Below are positions 27,701 to 39,700 of a stretch of DNA of 64,000 nucleotides, in pieces. The stretch spans positions 5,518,001 through 5,582,000 of the forward strand of contig OZ004614.1 of NCBI GenBank assembly GCA_963924565.1, given 5' to 3'. The translations under genes and the position numbers were made by a program. The DNA is from Ascidiella aspersa (lineage: Eukaryota). Position 1 is the stretch's first letter; every line of letters begins with the position of its first letter. Below the pieces are notes generated by a model, which had not been told where the DNA came from, ran no database searches, and worked only from the letters and a program-made list of their open reading frames with translations.

Positions 27701-30700
27701 AGCCATTAGGCCCTTCAGGATGGTTTACAATTACATTGTTAAGAAAGGAAAATTTGCGTAATCACAACTGAACATAGATGGCTCGATAGGTTGATCAATG
27801 ATCCAGTTTGACAGCGGTCGTGAGTTCGAATCCTTGCTTGCACCAAAACAATTTAACGACCAGCTATAATGAGTTGCTATAAAGTTATAATTTACAAACC
27901 TACAGTTTTTGTCGCATTTTGTAGATCACAGATATTTGTATGTGCCGAAAATTTACAGGTGATGCCTCTGGTTCTTGCTATGGTGGGTAGCGGCAAGCAG
28001 ATCCTGCCAGACCACCTGTGCACTGCCCTAGGGTTTGCCTACTACTGTTCTATCTCAGCTAGCGTCGTCAATCTTGTATTTATCGCAATCAACCGCTACG
28101 TGGGAATCGTTCACTCGGCGCAGTAAGTAGAGAAATTTAAACTAAACTTTATTGGAGCATAATGGTCTGGGCCGGATTAACAATATGCTACTAAGGCTAT
28201 AGTCCTATAGGCCCTTGAAAAAATCGGCCCTGCAGTAAATAATTTCAATTTTTTATGTGTATTGTTATTACTTTTTGTATAGCTTGATTTGCAAAATTAG
28301 GCCAATCTCTGGTGAACAGCCTTAGGCGTACAGTACCCTTGATCCGGCCATGATATTGGTTCTAGGTTGTAGGAAGATGTAAGAAGAATATCAAAGCCCA
28401 TACAGTATGGAGCATTTTAAACGTTTCGATTAATTCTTCAACATATTTGTCGCGGTAAGCGATTGGCATATCTAATGTTGCATTGCTCGGTTAATCCGGA
28501 CGACAAGTTTTTCCCAAAAAGCGCAGAGTCGAAAAACATTTTGGCAATTATCTCAAAACACCAGAAATAGACCATTTGACTCGAAATAAGATTGTTGACA
28601 AAAAAGTCTACAGCAGCGCAATTAAAATAATGTCAATATTTGCACTAATTTATTTTGATTGCTGTCACTGTTTACTGAACAAAAAATCAACAAAAGTGGA
28701 TTTTTAACTTTAAAAGTCGATATATGATTTACCAGAAGCCGAATTCAGACGTATACATTGCGTAAAGTAAGCTTGTACGGGTACAACCACCCCGGGAATA
28801 GCACAATGGCAGGTTTGCGGATTACTGCGTGCAGTCGACCACGCGGCGATTATAGTATAACATTCAGTGGCAACCATGAATGCAGCAAATAGCTTTACAC
28901 TGCATAACTGAGTGTTGCAAGTACCATAGGCGTGCAACCTGAATCGCTCGAAAAATAGCACCAAACGTCGGCGAAGACCGGCATTTGCAAGCCAAAGGGA
29001 AGCTTAGGGGGGAATGTGGGCTGGAGGCGCAAAATGGTTACAGGAGCCATGAATAATGAATGGCGAAAAGTCGCAGGACAAACGACCGGGCTGTGGGCAT
29101 CGGGAGGCCGGCCAAGTGTAGAAGACTGAAACTTTGAACGAGCCACCTCACTTCAGCGTCGAAGCGGGCAATTAACGGCTTAAGCTATAGTTCGCTCCAA
29201 ATCGTCCGTTGCTTGCTGATTAACGACGGTTCACTTTTTGGTTGGTTCTGCAGCGTACGATGAAAGCCGGCCGGGAAAACTTTGAAACGGCCGAGTTTTT
29301 AAGGGATTGCGTTGCTTTATTTATTTATGCAACACAAACACGCGTTTTGTTAGTTGTTATATGCAACGTGGCCAACTTTTTTTTTGGCGCGTACGTTAAA
29401 AAGCTGCTTTAAGCAAAACACTTCGACTTATTACCAAACGTTTTACCCTTATTAAGTTTCTACTGAGCCTCACACAAAACTGTTTTTTTGGCAAGCTGAG
29501 TGTAAGGTCGATATGCTGAAGTGCGCGATCGTACAATATGTCATGCCTGGCGCCGTAAAAATTGCATTGTTATGCATAAGCCCGCTGCCAAATAAAGCGA
29601 TGCCTTCGCTTGGCCAAGTATATCCGCCAGCGAATTGAATTTCGAATTTCGAAGGTTTCTTGGCAATACCGCCCTCTACACCTGTAACAACTTGACTCTA
29701 TAGGAGCCGGCGAGGCTGTTGACAATAACGGATGTGCCAAAGCTAAACAAAGGTTATTTTCGGAAGCTGCAAACTTACTTAATCAGTAAGTGAGGCCAAT
29801 TAAACTCGGCCTTTTTCTTTGTAGTTTTACTGAGCTATTTTAGGGCCAGTTTCGTGAACCAAAACATAGGCCACACCTACAAAAAACGGTAAAAGATTCC
29901 CGTGGCGCGTTAAATTCCCTAATGGCGCCCACCCCAACGCATACGCATGGTTTTATTGAAACAATTTAACGATTAAAGGTAACTAATCTTGAACAACTTA
30001 AGGCAAAGCTCGATATTTATATACCAACAAATAAAATGGAACAATCTTTAACGGCCTTTAAATCATTAAGACAAAGACAAACCGATGAATGCCAGAAAAC
30101 AAAATCTGTTAATTTACACTTAATCATTTTAATCCTGTTTTAAGTTAAGCTTTGTTTAAAAAAATCTGTCAACTTAGACTTGGGCCGTTCAATCTTGTTT
30201 TAGGCTAAATTTTGTTTTACCAGGTTAATTGAGAAAGTTAGCGTTCTACAAGCTTGTAAATTAAAACGTAATAAAAGTTAAAGTTCACTTTATCGCGGGC
30301 TCGCCCTTGAAAATGTGACAGACAAAAACATATAATACCCAGCCAATTCCCGACGGCCGCTCACACGGACAGGGCTTAGTTGAATTGGCGTGTATCGCCT
30401 TTCACTGTTTTGACAATTTCCTATGTGAAGCGCTGCAGTTCGGCTCTCGTTTCCGTCTCGATATGGCACACACGCCAACTCGCTTGCAAAATTAATAAGG
30501 CGCCGCATTTGACACCAACATGGCGTAATGCCGAGAATAATATTTACAGATCAAGCGGCAAGCAACAACGTTTTCATCTCCGTCGATCGTTGGGCGCAAT
30601 ACGCGGTGCTAATATCGGACGTGGAAAGCTATATTTAAAGCGTCTTCAACAGGGTTCTTAAACTTTTTTTACCGCGGATCCCTAAAAAATATTTTTGCTT

Positions 30701-33700
30701 CGCGTGGACCACGGTAGGCAAGTAATTTTAGAGGTGACGTCATAAATTGATGTCACAATACAAATAGACTTCAAAAATCTGCTGTTTCCGGTCTAAAAAA
30801 ATGTGAAAGCGCAACAGAGCCTAAATATTCATTCAGTGCAAAAACGTTTTATTTTTAATTATTTTTTTAACAACCATTTTCTTTGAAAAAATAATTTATT
30901 TTAGAATATATACATTAACATTTCTAGTAGGCCTTCATGGACCCCCTAAAACTAGGTCACGTACCCCCAAGGGGTCCATGGACCCCAGTTTAAGAACTAC
31001 TGGTCTAAATCTAAAGGATACTCTTAAAGCAAATCGGCGAACTTGGCGCGCTGCAATTTAAGTGTCATATATCTCGGGAATTTGTGCCGCAGATAAACTG
31101 AATTTTTTATACAATCCTTGTGTTGGCTTTAGCAATCCAACAAACACAAAAATATTGATGAAATATTATTATTCATTGGAACATATAGGGTTGGAGGTTT
31201 ATATAGTAAGACGTATTAAAAATATCAAAGCCCATGCAGGCAGATATAGCTCTTTCTTAATTGTCAACATCTTTATTAATTTTTCGATGTTGAAAATAAT
31301 AAAAAATACTACCTACTTTTGTATGGGATTTGATATTCTTATTACGTCTTACTATTATTGTTATCCATGTTTATAAATATTAATATTCAGCCATATTTCC
31401 ACCCAATTGTCGAGCTATCAAGCTGATTTTTTCACGATATAAACTGCAAGCCATACTCTTCAAAACGAGCCATCGCTTATAAATAATATCGGTGTTGTTT
31501 TGCTTTTAATATTCCAACAATCTTAACCATCTTTTAATGGATTTCAGTGTTCCTTTTTATTTATCGTAATGTGTTGTTCTACTCTGTAAGCTCGCTGATT
31601 TTAAAATGCAATTTTACGTAACGTTGTTAAATCAATATTTTGGTGCATCACGGCTGTAAAACGAGTTGTTTTTCATCACACTATGTAGGGATTCATGGGC
31701 GACGTTGCAGGCTGCGTGGTTAATCATACGTTCCTGTTTGCATATAATCGATCTGTTTTGCGCCTTGGAACGCATCCCGCGTCCAATATGCCAAAAACCG
31801 CGGCTTTAATTTTGCTTTAGTAGGTCGAAGGTTGGGCGTTTCTATTCTGATCAGTAATTTTGCTTTTCCAGGTACCGCAAGATATTCTCAAAAGACTGCA
31901 TAAAATGGTGGCTGGTGGCGGTCTGGCTGTCCACGCCCCTGCTCTACATGCCATTCCTCATATGTAAGTATATGAAAGGGATCCAAAACCATTGGCAGCA
32001 GGGTTTCTGCGTGATATGTTGCTTTGCAACAAATCAAAGTAACAATAAATATATTGTTTATGTACTTTGCTTTACTTATATGAACTGGCGATGTCAGTAT
32101 TGGCGAAATACATGTTCCTTTAAAAAATGTCTAATCCTGACTTTACTCGGGTTTTTTAACTTTGAATCTTATTGTTAACATACGTGTCAGCTAAACAGTG
32201 ATCGACAAGCAGAAACCTGCTGCCAATAGTTTTGGATTCCATAAAGATACACCATCTTGTAGTGACTCATAGAATTACGTGTTGTCGCAAAAAATGTTTA
32301 CAGCCGACTGTAAAGTTCAATAAATCTGCAAAACGCCTTTATACCAAGCTTTAACCAGAATTTGTGTCTTGATCGTTTAAAATTGAGAAGATCATGGGAA
32401 ATTCATGTTGATATATCTATTTAAAACAAAACTTACTTCACCAAAAAGAAACAGTCACTTTTAAACCCGAACTTAGCATATCAATTCGTGATCGTATATC
32501 GTGCTTTCCAAATGGTTAATTCTTGCGGCGTTTACGTTTTACGAATTTTTGGTGATGATTTAAACCATTCCGGGGAAGTTTGTTTACGCACCATTGAGCC
32601 ACGCGGTTCGGTAAACGGCGAGTAGTTGTCGAGCAATCTCACGAACTCGAAATAAGGGGAGCCAATGTAGTTACTTTGTAATTCCGCAGGCACTGTTGCA
32701 GAAACGATTATAAACAGCGTCAACGCCGGTAAAATAGCGAAATCGGACAAAAAATGCAGTCTTGCCCTTTTTTCTAGTAAAAATCGCAATGCAATGACGT
32801 CAAGCAGATATTTGGAAAGTCCCGTAACACCAACTCTCTATCTGAGCTTCGCACGATTTTTGTAGTTGCTAACAAACTGAGACGCCCAATTTAACTAATA
32901 AATACAGCCCGAATCTAACTGTGGTTAGGCGTTGGAAGGGAAGTATTGGGAACCTTCAGGCATCGTTCGGATGTTGAAAATAAATAAAGAGTTATTCATT
33001 ACGTTCAAAAAGATACCTATTAACTTGAATTCTTACTACATCGTTCATTCTTTTTGTACAATCTTTGCTGACGGCCATATTTGTGTCGAAAATATGGGAA
33101 TCGTGTGTGTTTGACGACAAATGGTTTTTCTAATGCCGACAAACTTTTGCACAACTTTTGGCCTAATAAAGAAAGGTAGCGCGATATATTATTTAGTAAA
33201 AAAATATGACCGCTCCTTTTTTTAACCGTGGTTGAAGTCGTAAACAACATTAATTTTTATGATGCGTTATCGTTCTCTTATGGTTTTTACGGCGTTGTTA
33301 GGTCAGTGAAAAAGGCGAAAACACTAAAATCAAATCAATAATAAATCTTGTCAATTTTGCACTATTTAGTATTGTTTTTATCACAGCCCATTGTTTTTCA
33401 ACAGTGGACAATGCCATAAACAACATTCACTTTTCATGACGCGGTATCATTCTCTTATAGTGTTGATGTACAGTAAGGCCAATCAAATCAATCAGCAAAA
33501 ACACTAAAATAAAATCGGAAAAAAGTCTGTCAACCTTATACTATATTTAGTAATATTTATTGCCACCGATTTCCTTTTAACAGTGGACGAAGCCGTAAAC
33601 AACATTTAGTTGTATGACGCGGCATCGTTCGCTTTTAGTAATTATGGCGCCTGTAAGGTCAATCAAATCAAAAACGCAAAAATAAAATCGACCGAAAAGG

Positions 33701-36700
33701 CTGACAGCCTTGCGCGGCGTGGCAGAAGCAGTGACGTCACTACTGGTCGAAAATAGCCTGTTTTCGGACTCGTTCGCGTTTGAGTTGGTCACCTGGACGC
33801 GTAGACAGAGCGACGTTTGGGGTCAAAGCGAACTGGGCACAGGCGCTTTGCGGTCATTGTATGCCGCAAAACGGGCAGAGGACGAGACGCGAATTGCCCA
33901 ACGCCGACTTTCCGTCTACTGATTTCCGCCGGCTTTGAAGGTTGGGAGAAAGCGGGCAAATGTTTAGGATTGGTTGCAGAGCGCCTTGAGGCCTTTTCGC
34001 ATTTAAGACACGTGTATGGTACAGCGATTATGCTGTTGCTACCAGGTATAGTATATACTGAAAATAAGTTCTTCTGGTATTTATTTGTTTGTCCGACATT
34101 TCGGTTAACTAGTCAGAAAGCCTTTATCAGCAAATTTGGACAACTAGATAATTCTAGTTTTCTAATTCAATAAATTAGAGCAAAATGTGAATAATTCTTA
34201 TTGTAATCTAACTTGTGAACTGCTTGTATGCTCTAAATCGAGTTAGTCAATTCATCCCCGTATGTACTTCAGCCACTTTGATACCGCCTTAAATGCACTT
34301 GTCAAATATCTCAACGAACGCTCCTTTTTACAGTCGATTCGTTCGAGTGGCGAGAATCGAGCTTGCGATGCGCATTGTCGTCCAACAAAATGACTTCCCA
34401 TGCGCTCAAGTATTACCACATCGCCGTCAACGTTTTGCTGCAGATCCTACCAGCCATCGCACTCGTTGTATTATACAGGTAAGCTTAATTTTTTTTAAAC
34501 ATTTTCTACGATAAAATATTTCTAAGGCGTTTTGTTCCAAACATGTATTTTCAAAATTCAAACTTCCCCAATTGTTATAGTTGAGACTAAACGAAATTAA
34601 ACACCTTTGCCTGGTTAAATAGCTGTGTAAATGTCATAACATAACGTGATGCGTAGAAATGTAAAACCCGCAGGCTTAAATCTACCAGGCTGTGGAATAT
34701 TGCCTTATTTAGGAATGTGCGAAACTGTTCAAGAAGTGGCAAGGGCAACGGAAAAGGCAACTTAATAGAACAGAAGGCAAAACGCTCTTAAGGTGTATAA
34801 ATTTGCTGTAATCATTTTGCTACTTAAGCCTAACTTGGTTCTAGTAGGTAGATTACGGTTTACCGAGTATGACAACATGCAAAAACTCTGTAAATCAAAA
34901 TCTGTCTCTATTCTAATTTTTAGCCATTTTTAACATACCATTAAGATTTGTGTTTTGCCGGACACATTTATTCTGTGTTCACGCTTTCATGTTTTCAAGT
35001 ATCACGAGTTTCCAAACGAGCGACATCAGAGATGATATAAAACGCAATAAACAACTGATCACACTGTTGCACTAACAGAAAAAATAAAGTTAATCTCTAA
35101 TCATAACCATAAGGATGGAGATTTTAATGCTGATTGGAAAGCTTAGATCAGTCATGCTTCATCATCGCATCGGTACTTAGCCCGCAAAAATCGATCAGCT
35201 TAGTATCTCAGCCTATAGCGCTGAATGCCGACAGTCACAAGGGGTTTAACTAGACCGCTATTAATGTGGATCACGGTGCATCATCAATCAGCGTGCCAGG
35301 ATTACAGGAAGCAAAAACATGTTTTTTGAGCTAGACGAACAACGCAATTTGGCGTTCCAGGAAACCGGGTCATTAGCTTTGAGCGAATTAATGCAACTTG
35401 ACTATTGTCTCTTTACTCCATGAGCAAATTAGATTAACAGAACTAAAATGTTTGACTTATTGCTGTTTTTTACAGTATTGACATTGTCTGGCCTTGTTGT
35501 TATGTTCTCAGAAAAAAAATGTTCGATTCCCAATATAGGTATTAAAATTTATAAAAACACAAAAACTATATAATGTGTGCTTCGTAAAACATCATACAGG
35601 TTTCTTAGGATTTTGACAAAAATAGCAGAAAAGTTTACGCAATAGCCATTCCATCATCATTGTAAAATTAACTCTAAGATAAAATTGTAGAACTATTGGT
35701 AAGTGCGTGTATATATACCCGAAAAGAGTTTGCCAAGAAGATCAGAAACGTCACTTCGCAAATACTGTTATCTCTATAGCTCGTGTGCCATTCACGATCG
35801 TACAGCAAGTCAAACAAAAAGTAAAACTGTAAAAATAATGTTAGCTCTACCAGGCAACATATCAATAGATAGAAATCGCTCTTCTGGTGTAAACGAAGTA
35901 TAAACCATCGTTTCGACATCAGATACCAGTTGAACTTATCAGGGTTAATAATTAAAACGAGAACGCGTTTGCCAGGACAATATATATAAGTTAAACGTCA
36001 CATAATATAATTAAACAGGGCGATCCTGCGTAAGGTCAAGCGATGTCGCAAATCGGTCGAACACCACCCGACCATCTTCTCAGCGACGCCCACTGGTGGA
36101 GACGCGAACGAGTCGTCCAAGGCCGCCGGAGGGCGTCGACCGAGCGTGAGTCGAGCCACGTCGCCGATGCGTCCATCGGTGGATGTACACAACAACAACT
36201 CTTTGCAAATCTTGTCTGATAAGAAGTCAACAATGTCCTACCTCCAAGTGCCAAACGGAGTTTGCGCGGCTGTCCAGCCTGCCAGCAGCACCGTTCGGGA
36301 AAAGCGTAAGTGATTTTTTGTCACGCAAAAGAAAATACGACTGCGTCCGTTTTGTTGCGAATTGTTCCAGACGGTCAATTTTCTGGCGCATTATTTTAGC
36401 AATGCGAACAAGCCAAACGCAGTAGGGTTTCGTACAGCGTCTTGACTAAATAAAGTTTCCTAAAAACGATTTACAGTGATTTTGTTCTCACAATACCCGT
36501 TTGCAAGCAGAAAACGGTTGAAAACATCCACAAGAATAAAAATCTCTTTCTCTGCATATAGGGCAGAAACTTTTTGGCTTTGGTCTTGTACTATCTCCAG
36601 TTAATGTATCGAAACGTCTTAATCAAGATGATGTCGATCTACTCGACAGTTTTGGCTTTGCAATTCATTGGAACTTTTTTTTGATCAAGCCTCTCCTATC

Positions 36701-39700
36701 TACAGTTATTATCATATTCATTCTTCCCTATACATTTATTTCTTGCAATCTCATTTTTGGACATCGTGTTTCGTTACTGTACAAAAGGGGTGGGATTCTA
36801 GACCAGGGCCTTTCGAATGACCGAGCCTCGTGTATATTGTATGTTGTATAGGCCGTAGTTTCTCCTTTCGACGACGCAACGTTTCCTCGCCTGATCTCAC
36901 CTCAAGTGACGAAGAAGCAGGACATAAGGGAAGGAGGGAGTGGCCCAGTTGGAGACGGAGAAGTTGGGGAGGTAATCGTTTATAACAGTACTTCTCAAAC
37001 CCTCTTTGCTTTGCGACGCCGCTGTGAACTTTGTTGCGGTAGCGACGCGTAAAGCAATATGAAATATAATTGAAGAAAATAATAATTAGAATGTAAAAGC
37101 CCATAAGGAAGTATGGGCAGCATTTTGTCAACTTTTTAAATAAAACTTAAGATAATGGCAGAAGGTTGTAGTTAAACGTAGTAAGAATATCAAAGCCCAT
37201 CCAGAAGTAGACATCATTTTGAACGTTTCTAATAGCTGCTATTATTCGGATTCAACATCAAAAAATTATTTTCAACATCTAAATCTAAACATTCAAAACC
37301 AAATCAAGGATGTCTCAATCGTTGACCAATAAGGAACATTTCAAGGCATGCACGTATTTTCACTAGAAGTCGAAAGGGATTTTTGCATTCCAAAACCCTC
37401 AACAGTCGAGTGTACGATTTTTTTTCGTTGCATACTCACTTTTAATACCACAGCAACCTTATGGTTCACTGTCTCGGAAGCAAAACCAATTATTGTCAAA
37501 TGAGGTCACTACCCATATTCATTGGCGTTCGTCAGCTATCCGAAATCGATATATTTTGCAAATTTTAACTTTACCAGGCCTTTCACTCTGCATTTTCTAA
37601 TGTATTTGCAGATAAGCCGGACGCGAAGTCTGGCGCTGGGATGCTGATGGCGATGCGACCCCGAAGCAGTACTGCCCTAACCGAGGCGGTTATAATCCAG
37701 GGAACGATGCTGTCCACCATCGATTCAGAGCCGACATCAAGGACGTTGGACCAAAGCGAGCAGCCAGAAACCGTTACGACCACAACAAACGAAAACACAA
37801 CCAGCGTGGAGTGCCTATCCACCCCTAGCGCACAATTGCTAGAGAAACCCACTTGCCACGTAGATGAACCAGGGTCACCAATTGGCTCTTCGCAGAAGAT
37901 GCGGCCTCCAGCTTTAAACGTTGACTTAAAGCTTTCGTATCGGAAAATAATGAAGGAGGATGCTAATTTGAAGCCACAGACAGCCAGAAATGGCGAGAGT
38001 GCGGTTTCCACTTTACGTTTACTAGACAGTGCTGCTCAAAGAGCAGAACTCCCAGGGTTTAAAACGCCGATAAACAACATTGGCACTAATGGTAGCGCAA
38101 CGAATTCTGTCGACTGTTCAACGCAATCGAATTCAAATCGAAAGGCGGCCACAAAAGGCGAAATTACAGCCAGAAAGCGACTTGCAGAAACGAAACTCAA
38201 CACGCTACCAAAGAAGAACCAGCTAACGAGGTGTCATCACAAACTGTGTAAGTCACACGACTCGCTTTACGTTCCCAATTTGGGCCTGGATCTGAAGCTC
38301 AGTCAACAACGCCTGCGCACCAAGTCCGTACCGGTGTCGCGTCGACTACAGAGGCCTTTAAGCAGAACGCCGAGTATCGGAGGACTGAATGACTCCGAAG
38401 CGCCAATCAAGGAGGACGAGCGCAACACATCTAAATCTACTCGATCCCGGAGGTTGCGCGACAAACGCAGCTTCACAGATCCGTGGAAGAGGACCTGGAG
38501 TTCGCTGTCTTCCGTCGGAAGAGGGAAGAGGTTCCGTAAGCGAGCTCGCTCCGAGGGTGTCGCCAAGTTCCCGGGAGCCATCTTCAGCCCTTCGACTCCT
38601 AAGATCGTGATCGACCACGCGACTTCCGATGACACGCGGCTGAGCAACGACCACGTGGAAAACACCTCCACTTCTTCAATGATCGAGGACTATATGAAGA
38701 GGAGTCAGATGGAGGAATCGAGCGACAGTGTGGACAATAAAGACTGCAAGTGGTGCAAGAATCTCATCACCAAGCTGCTGCAACGTAAGACCTCGCAGGA
38801 CTCTTCCCAACATCAGGATGAAAGCTCCAATTCGTCAAAGAGGAAATCGCCGAGGTCAGTGGGCAAAGCGCAAGTGGACGAATCCGTGAATACACTGCGT
38901 AAAGATTCCTTTACTGCGATCGCCGGAGTCTATTCTGGCGAATTTGCGTCCGACGAGCCGGCTTGGTCGGTGGGGAGCCGCGTCTACCGCTACTCGATCG
39001 GCGGCGGGGACGAGTGCGCGTCGCGGATCGACTCGGTCTCGTGCGCCGGGTACGAGTACACGACCACGCGCAATCACCTGCAGCGCGACGCATCCAAAGA
39101 CCTGGGCGCGTCCTTACAACAGCAAAAGCGAAAGCCGGTGCGGCGGCACCTCTCGATTTACAAGTCGTGGCGGCGCAAGTCGTTCCTAACCTCGTCGCTA
39201 CACAGCAGCCTGTCGACTGATAGTAGACGAAGGCTGCGGCGGCGCGACGCAGAGCGACACTTGGCCTACAGTGGTATGATCATATGCGCCGCGTTCGCGC
39301 TTTGCGTGCTTCCAACGTCAGTTATCAGCGTGTTGGGCGGGCTGCTGCGAGTTCAAGTCACTCCGACGGTGAAGTTCGCGGCCGGGATGCTGTCATGGCT
39401 GCACGCGGTCGTAAACCCGATGCTCTACGGCTTCCTCAACCCAAAGTACAGGCTCGAGTTCCGGCGGATGGCGCACGACGCTCGTTATTTCTGCAGGGCT
39501 TGGTGTTTGTGTTGTTGCAGGGGGGCAAGGGACCGTTCGGCCAGCCACGGCTCCCAGGCCAGCATTGCCAGCGGCCTGCGTCACAGCTGGAACCCCTCCT
39601 CCTGGTTCGACTCGACGCGGCGCCCCAGCAACGCACCGCACCCGTTGTGACGTAACAAAGAAGGACCGGCTACGTAATGAAGATGCGATTTATGGAGGAA

